Shown one piece after another: positions 1-12,868 of a stretch of 64,000 nucleotides of DNA; the stretch's first letter is position 1; every line of letters starts with the position of its first letter. Below the pieces are notes generated by a model. The model had not been told where the DNA came from, ran no database searches, and worked only from the letters and a program-made list of their open reading frames with translations. Source of the DNA: Octopus vulgaris (Eukaryota); assembly GCA_951406725.2 (NCBI GenBank), contig OX597816.1:68944001-69008000 (forward strand). Reading direction: 5' to 3'. Both the position numbers and the translations under genes were made by a program.

Positions 1-1212
1 TCCTTACTTTTCCATCCTCCTGCATAACATTAATTGGTACATACTCATACCAGTTCTCTGTTACTTCATACTGGTATTTACGGCATAAGAGCCAATGAAG
101 ATATATACATATTTTATTGTGGCCGCGCTTGTATTCTTAATGTGCAAGGCTCTCACATCCACTTAGCAAGTGGGTCACATTTTCCGCATTCTTTCCACAG
201 AGTCTGCATTTCTGGGTGTCAGAAGTTTTATATTATACTTCCCTGAAGTGAAGGCGCATGGCTAAGTGGTTAGAGCGTCGAGCTTACGATCTTGAGGTTG
301 TGAGCTCGAATCCCGGACCGGGCTGCGTGTTGTGTTCTTGAGCAAGACACTTTATTTCACGTTGCTCCAGTTAACTCAGCTGTAGAAATGAGTTGCGACG
401 TCACGAGTGCCAAGCTGAATCGGCTGCTGCCTTTCTCTTGGATAACACTGGTGGCGTGGAGAGGGGAGGCCGGTATCCAAGGGCGACTGCTGATCTTCCA
501 TAAACCACCTTGCCCAGACTTGTGACTAGCAGGGTAACTTTCTAGGTGCAATCCCATGGTCAGTGTCGTGACCGATACTTCCCTGAATTGGTAGCGAGAG
601 CCTGGTTGTGTGCAGCAATGATCAGGCTTTCAGTGGTACACTTCAAATCACTTCGTTCAAGCCATGCCCAGATGCTTTCAAACTGTCCATATATTTTAAT
701 TTCAAGGCGGTCTTCTTTTCTCTTCTCCTCAGCTCTTTGGTTAAACTCCTCCTCGCCCATCATTTAATCTGCATTTACAGCAATATCTTTCGCGGCATAC
801 TGCATCAGGTCTTTATCACTATTCATCAAATACACGACAAGCGTTCGCCTTTCACTCCTCATACAATGGTCTATACTAATTAGTCCTCTGCCACCATTCT
901 TTCTTTTCATATACAGTCTGTTTACGTTTGCTTTAGGGGTAGCGCCCCATGCAACACCATCAACTTTCTCGTCCTTCTATCCAGTGTTAATATTTCCTCC
1001 TTAGTCCATTTACGGATGGACGCACTATATGTGGCCTCCACGACTGCCCTGATATTCATTGCGGTAATCAAACTTTTGGCATTCAGTTATGATTTCAACA
1101 CCATCTTCACCCTTTTTTCATATGCCTCGCTGACCTTGACTTTCATTTCCCTGTGTAGAATGTCATCCAGCTCCAAAATACCTAAATATATATATCCACT
1201 GCCGTCGGGTTA
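1..1212 (-). mobile_element. R4/Dong-like (RLE-type) non-LTR retrotransposon fragment, degenerate, interrupted by a SINE
   Basis: Minus-strand translation gives GYIYLGILELDDI...NRLYMKRKNGGRGL, then YGQF..WAWLERSDLKCTTESLIIAAHNQALAT, then the CCHC knuckle CRLCGKNAENVTHLLSGC...HNKICIYLHWLLCRKY. Contains stops and frameshifts. Confidence 0.85.
248..574 (+). mobile_element. tRNA-derived SINE (family D, tRNA-Arg-like head) with 13-bp TSD
   Basis: A-box TGGCTAAGTGG, B-box-like GCTCGAATCC, central tcttgagcaagacact domain. TSD atacttccctgaa at 235-247 and 575-587. Related copy near 36443. Confidence 0.9.
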
Positions 1213-1242
1213 ACGGCCTAGCGAGTTATAGTTAATCCAAAC

Positions 1243-1380
1243 ATGAAAACACAAAGAGAAAACACTACAACGCGAGGAAGTGCAACAAGTATAGTGCTAT
1301 TGGGCGCTCAGGAAAGGAAAGATCCAAGGAAGGGAAGACGGAGGAAAAAAATCGCCAACGGTATACACGCGGTCACATAT
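1243..1380 (-). repeat. Short dispersed repeat of the same family as 48975-49170, lacking the hammerhead-like core
   Basis: Reverse complement aligns by eye with the flanks of 48975-49170 (cgttg.cgattttttcc.ccg...; cctgag.g...cctcgc.tt). Confidence 0.6.
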
Positions 1381-2472
1381 ATAACGTATATATATATATA
1401 CTGTACAGTTAGGCCGGAAAACCGACCTGGCGGTTTCAAAGGGTTAATATTATACAGGGAACAGTAGATTTCACATACTCTCCAAATATAATTTTCTACG
1501 ACAGAAATACCAATAAAATCTCTTCCAAACCACACTCTACCGTCTTTATTAATGACATGTTAAATAGTGTAATCTAGAATTCCCTTACGCAGGGACAAGG
1601 CATGATTGTCACGGCTGGAATGCCTTTGGTCATAGGTCTTCTGAATCAAGTTTAACTCGGGGCAATACAAATTTTCTATAACACAAGTCACAACAAATGT
1701 ATTTTGATTTTAAATAGCAATACCAAATAGCTATAAGACCATGAAGAAGCGAAATTAAAAGCGAAGGAATTACACTGACTTAGGCTATTGAATTAAAATC
1801 AATATAGTATTGAGGACAGTGTCCATAATTTCAATGGCATTTGTTATGACTGAAACGATATACTGCAAAGACACCGATAGAGTACAAATAAGCATTGACG
1901 TAGACACGTTCCGCAAAATAGCTATACTAGTGTCTGCGTATATTGTTAGAGACTATCGCAAAGGCTTTTGTTAACCTTCGATATTTGAATTTATTTCTCC
2001 TAGATGTTTGATATTCTTTATGATAGAAGATAAACAACTCTTGATATATTACCCAATTCATAAATATATAATTTAATAAATGAATAATGGTGAAAATAAT
2101 TATTTAGGTTTCGAAAAAGAACTAGCGATAACGAGAACTAGATTGGAGACGGTTTCAGTAGATAAACGAGAAGACGATTGTAAGAAAGAAAGATATTAAA
2201 GAAATAACGGGCGACACGCTGGCGGCGTAAACGGTGATTCACCATTTTCTACAGATATGAACATCATGATTGCTTTTATTCATGATAAGGCACGTGATAT
2301 TTGGAAACCAGCGGGCAAAGGGAGCTCGAACAGTGGAGGTTGTAGACTCGAAACTTGAGAACGGAACCACAATGTGGTAACTTACTCTCGAGCACTTAAT
2401 TTAGGTACATTGTATATTTTCTGTGACCGAGAACTCAGTATCGTTTAGCATAGCAAACTAACTTAAAATGCT

Positions 2473-2642
2473 AGGCGTAGGAGTGACTATGTGGTAATTA
2501 GCTTGCTTACGAACCACATGGTTCCGGGTTCAGTCCCACTGCGTGGCACCTTGGGTAAGTGTCTTCTACTATAGCATCGAGCCGACCAAAGCCTTGTGAG
2601 TGGATTTGGTAGACGGAAACTGAAAGAAGCCCGTCGTATATT

Positions 2643-2726
<84 letters not shown>

Positions 2727-2930
2727 ATTGTGTGTGTTTGTTCCCCCAACATCCCTTGACAACCGATTATGGTGTGTTTACGTCCCCGTAACTTAGCTGT
2801 TCGGCAAAATAGTCCGATAGAATAAGTACTACGCTTACAAGGAGTAGGTCCTGGGGTTGATATCTTCGACTAAAGGTAGTGCTCCAGCATGGCCGCAGTC
2901 AAATGACTAAAACGAATAAAAGAATAGAAT
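2473..2930 (+). mobile_element. tRNA-derived SINE family A, full length, with internal (TA)n(TG)n
   Basis: Head ggcgtaggagtg..gtggtaa...gggttcagtcccactgcgtggcaccttggg, tail gctccagcatggccgcagtcaaatgact..aaaagaa. More than 10 related copies in the window. Confidence 0.9.
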
Positions 2931-3059
2931 TCTATGTTAAAAAAACACATTATATATATATAAGCCCGAACAAACAAAAAACACACGCAGAGTGTCACAA
3001 AATCCTCGTCACTATTGTCGAAAGGTTAATAGCAGTTTCACCATAGTAAAAACATCCCT

Positions 3060-3670
3060 TCGGTGGTGTCAGCCTCTTGAAGCGGCCGAGAAATAGTGGA
3101 CAAATGAAGATACTGAAGATACAAACGAAATGATATTCAAGACGAGACGGATAGGGAACAGACAAGGGACAAAGACGAAAACAAACACGCCGAAATATGA
3201 ACATACAAAGAAAACGAAATAATTAAGCAGAATAAGCCGTTAGGGATTTGACATGTGGCCCAAATATAGGTAACGCCAGGAGGAGTATACTAAAGGATTA
3301 AAAATGCAGAGAACAACGGAGACACAGCAAAGCGTGTTGAAAGTGGGAGGCAATAGAAACACGACCGTTGTTCCCTTCGTTTCTGATCCCTTACAATATT
3401 CTCCCTGGTGTTACCTACATATTCGTCTCATGGCTAGGCCCTAAGACCTAATTCTGTATATTTATTTAATTTTGTTTGTATGTCCTCATTCACTCGTGTT
3501 TTCGTCTTTGTCTCTTGTCGGTTTCCTATTCCTCCCGTCTTGAATATTATTTCGTATGTATAAGGTTTATTGTATGTTACATATTTATTTCATGTTTCTA
3601 TGTTCACTTCCTGTCGTGTCTTATCCGTTTGCTTGCTACTTCCCGCAGTTTCTCGTCGCTGACACCATCA
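3060..3670. repeat. Diverged long inverted repeat (old fold-back element)
   Basis: About 3120-3300 (atacaaacgaaatgatattcaagacg...ggtaacgccagg) is the reverse complement of about 3390-3560 (cctggtgttacc...cgtcttgaatattatttcgtatgtat). ggtgtcagc/gctgacacc pair further out. Confidence 0.7.
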
Positions 3671-5401
3671 AAGCTTATCGATATTACCTTTAAAGATGTG
3701 AAACCTGTCCTAGAGAGTTACCTCTTGCCACGTTTATTTGGTTTATATCCGTGTACGATGTTTGTGGGCATCCGTTGATTCCAAGTACCTTGAGAAATTT
3801 TGAAACCTATGACGCTGTCTTGGCATCTATCGTGTATACGGGTGATCTTATTTTGTGTATAGTCGGTCTTAACGTAGATGGTGAGGGCTGAATTGTTATG
3901 GACGAAGATGTTTTGTCAAGCTGACTTCCGGTATAACACTATCGATCTTTCCCCTCGTCTGTGATGCTTAGACGAAAGCCACGCAAGTACTACAGGAGTA
4001 TTTTAGGGGAAAGAAAGAATGGGATAAGCGCTGATGGACGTCAGCAGGAATATGAAGTTTAGAAAATTCCACAATGGAATCCAGCAGAACATATGGGAAT
4101 TCTAATCCCGATATCATGAAGTACATTCATGACTAACCCCATCTTTTAGTAACCAAACTCGCGGGAGATAACGGAACTGAGTCTTTAGACAGCAAGACTC
4201 TCAGTTCTTACTTAAGGAGCCAATACCAGATTTCAGATTTTACATTTCTGTTAGGCCCATTAGCCCTTTCAAATCATATATTGGGAGAATTAGCGTGAAT
4301 ATTATTGATTGGCTGATTCCCAAGGTAGGGTCGCAGTGAAAGTAAAAGAATATATACATGATTGTTTCTTTTAGTCTAACACTTCACCTTCCCATGTATT
4401 TTGTTGTATGTTTTCCGAAAAGTGCCCTTCAGGCTAATTCAGTAGCGGATCATAAACTCCAATTCAACCACATTTAAAAATGATTTCCAAATATAATATC
4501 AAATAAAAATGCAAATATATATACATATACAAACATACATGCACACACACATACATACACACGTATAGTGATAGCTAGTTGTACGTTACTTATATTCCGA
4601 GGAACAGCCATTTATCAAGTTATTCTTATATACAGGACACACATATAGCTTTACAATCATGTCTAAAGGACAAATATATTGCATTATATTGAAATAACTA
4701 TTCGCAGTGATGTACAAATTGTCAATAAGCAACAATTGTAAGAGCAACAGCGTAAAGTAACTTGGTCTTATATATATTTATGAGGTGAGTGCCACATATA
4801 TAAATTAGGCAGAGCGAAGAGAAGTAGAATAAATTTCTGCACCAATCATACGATAACTTTTGATATAAATTTCGTTCTCTCTCCCGCATTTACATAGTCA
4901 GTAAAAAATCTGATATATATTTACATACACAGCACACATATTTATATACATATATACATACATCTATATATGCATATACACGTACACTCACAAATATATA
5001 TACATTTACATACACACACACACTCACACACACACACACACACACACTCATATATATATATACATATGTGCATACACACACGCATGTGTATCTTATACAT
5101 ATATGTACATGCATGTATACAAACATGTATATATATATGCACACACAAACTGCTATCCACACTCATACATCCCCCCATATAAACTCACTCATATGCAAGC
5201 ACGGTCGTATATACCAAACTATATACACGCACACAATCGTATATCTTTTTACATGTACATCTATCCATTCCTCCATCCATCAATCAATCCACCCACACAT
5301 ACATAGATACATACGTACACAATACATATATTCGCATCCAACCATAAATACATGAACGTGCATATACGCACACGTACGCATGCTTAAACGCACACACATA
5401 C

Positions 5402-5450
<49 letters not shown>

Positions 5451-5454
5451 ATAT

Positions 5455-5598
5455 ACCGGAGTAAAGACATAAATGTGAAACAAGGTGGAAAAAAGAGTAC
5501 TCAAATACCGGCGGTAGAGTAATATGCTTTATTTAAAAGCAGCAGCAATTTAACAAATGTTGTTACTCAGAGTTTCACGTTCCCGTTCATCGAACAGT
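5455..5598 (-). mobile_element. Short HHR-bearing element (family P1), HHR-like motif at 5561-5598
   Basis: Minus strand reads ctgt-tcgatga-ACG GGAA CGT-gaaa-ctctgag-ta-aca. Flank matches 36798-36880. Abuts (TA)n. Confidence 0.7.
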
Positions 5599-6500
5599 TA
5601 TATTGTTCCAAGACAATAATATAAAAGAGCTTGAACTCTAGAACAGGGACAAGTAGAATCGTTTCAACTAACGCCAATACTAATTTTTCCCAGTGAGTTT
5701 ACAAGTGGATGCATTAAGATGTGTGATGCCGACAACCGTCTACTTCTTCCACCGTACTGTGTATTGCATATCCCATATCGATACAATGGTACAGTGCTCT
5801 TCAGCAGTTTTTCTCAATATAATTCGCTGGAAATTCAGTCTTTAAATGCATAGGATTACAAGAGTATGAATAGATATCAATGAATGTTTAAAACATAAAC
5901 TGGTTCTTCCGGACGGCCAGTACTGCTGCTCGAGCTGGATAATGCTACATGCAAATATTACTGGTGAAATAGATAGTAATTTGGTGCCAGTTATGAGCCA
6001 GTAGCAATTGTTGTGAAAATGATAGTGTATGTCCTCTATCGGAAATGTTCTATCACATGGACACCCATGCCACCCTAGACAAAACATATGAATTTGGGAC
6101 AGGGGAGAAAGAGCTGAATGCAATAATGGAAATCAGTTGCCTAGCAGATTTCGACATGAAGCTAAACCACAGTGAAAAATACAAGACCTACACTGTATTT
6201 TTGAAACATTTACAGTTACTCGATCCGAATTACAGTTCAGATATATGACTGTAAGTGTCAGGGCACTGGTATATGTAAAAACTGTCTAAGCTATAATGTT
6301 GAGAAATTAGGCTTCTCAAAACAAAGAAAGAGAAAACTTAGAAGTTTACAATCAAAGCCATTAATGGAACTGTAAATATTTGTAGAATTTTCCGAAACTT
6401 TAGCATTTCAGTATATATATACACATGTCTACACATGCAACTATAAGCTTTAGAGTACATACATGCAACAAATCATATAAGTCTCCACATTCCACATCAA

Positions 6501-6899
6501 ATACCTATTTCTTTACTACCCAAAAGCGGCTAAACACAGAGGATACAAACAAGGACAGACAAACGGATTAAGTCGATTATATCGACCCCAGTGCGTAACT
6601 GGTACTTATTTAATCGACTCCGAAAATGAAAGGCAAAGTCGACCTCGGCGAAATTTGAATCAGAACGTAACGGCAGACGAAATACCTATTTCTTTACTAC
6701 CCACAAGGGGCTAAACACAGAGAGAACAAACAAAGACAGACAAACGGATTAAGTCGATTATATCGCTCCCAGCGCGTAACTGCTACTTATTTAATCGATC
6801 CCGAAAGGACGATAGGCGGAATTTGAACTCAGCACGTAGCGGCAGACAAAATACTGCGCAGCAGTTCGCCCGGCGTGCTAACGTTTCTATCAGCTCGCC
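6501..6899 (-). mobile_element. tRNA-derived SINE family B: full unit plus tandem 181-bp partial unit, 14-bp TSD
   Basis: Head ggcgagctg.tagaaacgttagcacgccgggcgaa, B-box gagttcaaattcc. The unit repeats at 6501 and 6682. TSD ccacatcaaatacc at 6492-6505 and 6898-6911. Confidence 0.88.
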
Positions 6900-7099
6900 A
6901 CATCAAATACCCTGACACTAATTATTGCAAAGACACACACATATTTACCCAGTTGATGTTGTTGAAATTCCTATGGACCTTACTTAAAAACCGGCTCTTC
7001 CCTGTCGATGATAATTTTTGAAATAGAATCGAATAACAACATATATACACAAATAGATAGATATACATGCATTTATGCATGTATGATGCCTGTATATAT

Positions 7100-7325
7100 A
7101 TATCTGTGTTTGTGTGTGTGTGTGTGTGTCTGTGTTTGTCGCCTCACCATCGCTTGACAGCCGATGTTGGGGTGTTTACGTCCACGTAACCTTGCGGTTC
7201 GGCAAAAGAGAACGATATAATAAGTACTAGGCTTACAGAAAATACGTCCTGGACTAAAGGTGGTGCTCCAGCATGACCGCAGTGAACTGACTAAAGCAAG
7301 TAAATGAATAAAAGAATACGAATGA
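7100..7325 (+). mobile_element. SINE family A, 3' half
   Basis: gtttgtc..ccatcgcttgac...gcggttcggcaaaagag...ggtgctccagcatg matches the 3' half of 2473-2930. Confidence 0.85.
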
Positions 7326-7517
7326 ATGGCTCGAAATTGTTTTGGTCCAAGCTATTATGATCAATACATGCATCTCTCAATAAAAGCATTAAGTGCCCTT
7401 TTTTCGTTTGCCCACTTATTCGCATACATACATACATACATACATACATGCATACATTCAAATACATACACGCATACACACGCATAAAAACACACACATA
7501 CAAACACACACACATAT

Positions 7518-7670
7518 ATACGACGGGCTTCTATCTACCGAATCCACTGACAAGGCTTTGGTCGACTCAAGGCTATAGTAGAAGACACTTGCCCAAGGTG
7601 CCACACAGTGGGAATGAAGCCGGAACCATGTGGTTTGTTAGCAAGCTTTTTACCATACAGCCACTCCTGT
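7518..7670 (-). mobile_element. SINE family A, 5' half
   Basis: Reverse complement of the family A head up to cccgtcgtat. Confidence 0.85.
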
Positions 7671-7951
7671 AACTATATATATATATATGTATATATATTA
7701 GAAAAATATACATTTAGCGAAAAGTGCGAGTGAAGATGTGTACGTTTTCATAGTGATGTATGCGTACGCACATATGTACGCGAGCGCACATGTGTACGTA
7801 TGAATAGGCACGCTTACTTGTTTACTATGAACTTTTAATCTTATCTTAATAAGCGGTCATTCGAATTAGCGTTTTGTATAAGTAGCGGCCTATAACACAG
7901 TAATTTCCCATTGTATAACAGTCTTATTGCATAGCGTTTTTCAGATGGCCT

Positions 7952-8012
7952 GATAACCGAAGAGATGGTGGTGTGGATTTCCACCCCGGCATCCGAAACT
8001 CAGAGTTTTATC
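7952..8012 (+). ncRNA. Type I hammerhead ribozyme motif (U4C core, extended stem II)
   Basis: gataa-CCGAAGA-GATG..gtgga tt tccac..CATC c-GAAA-CTCAGAG-TT-ttatc. Stem I gataa/ttatc, near-palindromic stem III, GUU triplet. Confidence 0.7.
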
Positions 8013-8053
8013 TTGGCTACTGAATAATTGTCACATATTTTGCAGATATCTCA

Positions 8054-8088
<35 letters not shown>

Positions 8089-8380
8089 CACACATAAATA
8101 CATATGTGTGTGTATACGAATGCATGCACACACAAAGAGACACGCACCCATAAGTACATTTATGTGTTACTCTATAATATAAGCTTATGTTAAATATTTT
8201 CGTCATTCCTGTATAATTTCAGCTGTTGATATTCCATAAAAAACTTCGCTTTATAACATTAGTAGTTCCTGGTGATCTACATTTCATGACAAATTGGTTT
8301 GTATGCAGCTGGCAAAATTATGTTATTGCTGTGAGATAACGTACGTACATGTAACAAAAATTGTTTTTTTAATATTTCAG

Positions 8381-8420
<40 letters not shown>

Positions 8421-8457
8421 GACAGACACACATGCACACATACATACACATGCACAA

Positions 8458-8559
<102 letters not shown>

Positions 8560-8620
8560 GTATATATATATTTGTGCTTGTCTATATGTGTGTATATATG
8601 TATATATGCTTACGCATGTA

Positions 8621-8661
<41 letters not shown>

Positions 8662-8974
8662 ATACACACGCATGCAGGCACATATATACATATATATGTT
8701 CGTATGTATATATACCGACACGCATCACGCCTCTTGTCATTTGGTCGTGAATATTTCCCCGAACATTAACGTTGCCAGTAAACTGAATAATGAGGCCAAG
8801 ATTCCCCTTTTAATACATAACATGATCTACATACATTGGGTAGTACGATTTTCCTTATTTAAAAGAAAACTACAACAGTTATATACACACTTATATAATA
8901 TTGTTCCATTCCACTACCGACGCTCTAATTCCACACCCTTACGACATATCAAACTTCACTTTCAACGAAATGTG

Positions 8975-9560
8975 AGCAGCAGTCGCAGAAGAGAGCGCAG
9001 GCTCTGCTCCAGGTCATCTGGCACTACAAATAGCATTTACAAACAAATCCCTCTACTGTTCGGGAAGCTAGCGAGACAGCTATGCTTGATCAGGAAGAAG
9101 ATGCAGGAAGCCTGCCTCTGGACTTACGCTGTGGCATGTTTTGTCCAAAAAAGGAAGAAAACTCATCGGGACTCGTTCAGTTCCGAGAGGTTTCTCATTT
9201 GGACGTCGAGGAGAAGATCTTTTGGATCATCATTGCCGACAGATATACACATATCTTATGGGCAACGAGGACATCGACGCAAACATGAATAAGAACTCTC
9301 TCGTATCATTAGATCTTGCAAAAACGTACAAAAACGTGCCTCACCAGCTTCTCCAAAGTGGATGACGTACAACTGTGTATCAACAGAAGTTTTCCGACGG
9401 CCCTTAATATCCATTATAGATGCAGTGAGGATGAGGTTCACCGTGGGAAATTACACCACGAAGTGGCAGGGATCGGAAAAAGGCATCATGGCAGGGAAAA
9501 CAATATCCGTAGCGCTGTGTGTAAGTTCATGAACCTAACTGCTGGGGGGTCGGAGGGAAG
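8975..9560 (+). mobile_element. HERO-like non-LTR retrotransposon RT fragment, degenerate
   Basis: Across frames: RAGSAPG..SG..IYKQIP, CPKKEENSSGLVQFREVSHLDVEEKIFW, YLMGNEDIDA, SLDLAKTYKNVPHQLL, NYTTKWQG.EKGIMAGKTISV. These match HERO RT motifs (SAPGP; IPKE..QFR.ISLLNVEGKIF; DLANAYGSVPH). Confidence 0.75.
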
Positions 9561-9795
9561 CGGTGGAAAGATCTCGAAACTGATGGAAGCAAAGGAAATC
9601 CAGGGCGTAAAAGTGGAATGTAGTGGTTACGAAACCGTCAAGCGAATGTAAAATGTGGACATTGAACTCTGAATTACTAGTGAATAAATGATTCAGAAGT
9701 TATGAAGCGCGGTAATATGATTAACATCATAAGCATACATAGGTGCCGGCCTGGTTGTGCGGAAAGAAGCTTGCTTCCGAACCAAATGGTCTCAG

Positions 9796-11257
9796 ATTTC
9801 CTTGACCCTTTTACGGAATATGTAGAATTATGTACTCCAAGTCTCGTGTAGTTTTCATCTAAATCGGTGTACATTTAAAGAGAAAGGAAGAAAAACACGT
9901 TAACAAAGATTATATAAACTACATGTAAGGTGACTTACATCTAGAACAATACATTACCAGACCATTAACATATACGTATACCTTCTACCATAGAATTATA
10001 TTTACAAACAATCATGTATATATTTAACATCTTTATATAGCCTCCTCTACCGTATATAACTTTAAATAATCTCTCATCAACTGATTTTCTCAATGTCTCA
10101 ACAATGTCACTTTTAATATTACTTGCAGCATTTTTTATTGCTTCTCATAGTAAATCCTTGTTTGGATATTGTTTACCATTAGAATATACATATTTTTTAA
10201 TAATTGACCACAAATTCTCTATTGGGTTTAGATCTGGAGACTGGGCGGGGGGGAATTTCATTATCTTACGTTCTTTGAAACCTTTCTTAGCTAAAAGGTT
10301 AATAGTGAGTTTGGCAGAGTGTGAAAGAGCATTATCTTGCATAAATATGCTCTTTAACTTTAAACGTCGTGACGTTGACTTGTACCAATAAAAAAAGTTG
10401 TCATCTGGAAACTTACAATAAGTTTGCGCATTTATATTGACTCCATCAGCAACTTTAAGTGAACCTATATCTCCTCCAAATATACCAGCCCAAAACATGA
10501 ATCCCGAACCACCATGATCTCTTCTCAGTCGTGATGGTTGACTTTTTCCCATGTAACATCCAGCCTCTTGCCCATTTACCTGCTCCATCTAATTTTGTTC
10601 TACACTCATCAGTAAAAAGTACACTTGTAAAGTATGTCGTCATATATCTTTTTGCCCACGTCACTCTCTTTTCTTTGTGTACTTTATTAAAATGAGGCAA
10701 TTTTGCAAAATTTATGACTTTGCCTATTTCTTTTTTAGCATTGTTCAACGTTTTTTCCTTTGTATGTTAGAGATTCCTGCTTCTTCAAACATTTTTTTGC
10801 TGGTTAACCCACTTTTCGTGCACATAATTCGTTTGAGCTTTCTCTTATCTCTATTTGTGATGTTCTTGAAAAACGTTTTCTTCCTTATTCTTACTCTCTC
10901 AATGTTTTGTACCTGTTTTTTTTTCATTGTTCTGTGATCTCTATTTAGCTTTTTAGAAATTACAATTGCTGTATCCCCTTCTCATAGTAATTTCATTATT
11001 TCTGTCTTCTCCTTTGATGTTATATCTTTACTTCGACTCATTTCTATATTCCCTGTGTCTGAACTTAAGAAGAAATATTTCAAAATTACATATCACATGG
11101 GGGAAAGCAGTATCCTGTTAACTTGCATATGCAAAAAGAATCACCATCTAAAAGAGTTTTCTTCATTTCCGCTTTAAATGTATACTGATTTAGACGGAAA
11201 GTACACGAGGCATAGGATGCATAATCCTACACAACCCGTAAAAATGTCAAGAAAATC
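9796..11257 (-). mobile_element. Tc1-like (DD34E) DNA transposon with frameshifted transposase
   Basis: ORF pieces 10745-10927, 10455-10748 and 10145-10588 carry VLFTDECR, FMQDNALSH and SPDLNPIENLW. Imperfect TIRs of about 100 bp at about 9796-9897 and 11156-11257. Confidence 0.9.
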
Positions 11258-12868
11258 GGACAAGAGGTTTTGATTTTATTGAGGAATGATTTACCTGCGT
11301 ATTAAATGGAAACATAGTATGTGCGTGTGTGTGTATACGTACATGCACTTATCTATATAGGTGTCATTATAGAGTGTTATCAACCAACGTGAATGACACC
11401 GTAAAACAAATTCTATTTACATACAAATAAGATGTCTTACGATAATAGTCTCACTAAACTTGATGTTTATTTCATTTTATTTAACACATTCCCTAATATA
11501 CTTAGCATAATGGAATAATTCTTGGTATTATCATGAAGTATTTAATAACCAAATGTCCACTCTTCACGCTCACATTCAGAGTATAATTACCGATCGTTCC
11601 ATTCTGAGATTTAGAAAATAATTTTCTGATTGATTTCTTGTTTCATTTTTCTTTTCGGAGACGTGAAAATGAACTGGATAATTCCTAATTTTTCGCAGCA
11701 ATATCGACCACTTGTGCTACACATATATAAACTCAAATATCAAACACATTTCATAAGATTTGCATGGAGAAATTTTCTTTAAGATATGATTTTCTCTAGA
11801 CAGCTAAAATAAATATATCTAGAGAAAGATATTCAACTGTCTCGATTTTTTGTATCAGTGTCTGTCTAGTTAACCTAATCAATAACACTAATACCTACCT
11901 ACTTCTTCTTTATCGAGCGCACACCCAAAGGCATATTGCATGCTAGAATAATTCTCAGCAATACTGCCAAATATTGAGTCATTTCTGTATTATAATCATC
12001 GTCTTTAGCAGGTTTGTATTGACTACCGTAAATTGAGAAAATGTTGCGTTTGCCTCTTCGCTTTCTGGAGGATTACCAAACGTGTACTATGTATTTTGGT
12101 CTTTCATGTACGGTATCAAATACCTGTATGTAAATGAACTCACGTAGCTTTTTCTGTTATATGGTATGGATTGATAGATATATAATTTGCATGTAACTGG
12201 AATTTGTTTTCGAGTATCCAGCAATTTCAGCTAATTAATATCTCTAATGGTAAGAATCTGAGAATCCCACTAATTTGCTTTGCCGATAGAATAATACTCA
12301 GAACATATTTTCTTTCATTATACTTACACACACACACGGACACAACATACACAGACGCATGCAAACACACACATATACATATATATATATATGCAATGTA
12401 TGGTTGTATATATATCCATACACGCGCATACATGCATATATACAGATGTGTGTATATACATACATATATATACACACATATACAAAAGCACTTTCAGACA
12501 GGCAGACATTCACATACACACACACACACACACACGGACTCTCACATTCAGTTTATAGTCGGTTGGCGATGCAGCTACTTGATTTGTTTCGTCTACCTTC
12601 AAAGGAAACCTCTTGCTACTTATGTATTAACTCATGAAATCGTGAAATGAAACTACTACAGTATGTCGTCATATGCATTGATACATTTATGTCGTACTTA
12701 CACCCCATCTCTCTCTCTCACACACACTCTCTCTCTCTCTATATATATACACACACACACAAGCATACACATTCACACATACTATATTATCTATCTATCT
12801 ATCTCTATATATATATATACATATATATCAATATATAGGTGAGAAAGTTGGTGTGTGAAAGCACGTGG

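Noticed and set aside
3950-3990. gtct..agac-GAAA hairpin as a hammerhead
   Set aside because: No CUGANGA-like core upstream of the stem.
5874-5895. DINEC EGF-like motif
   Set aside because: The following cysteine spacing does not fit a calcium-binding EGF domain.
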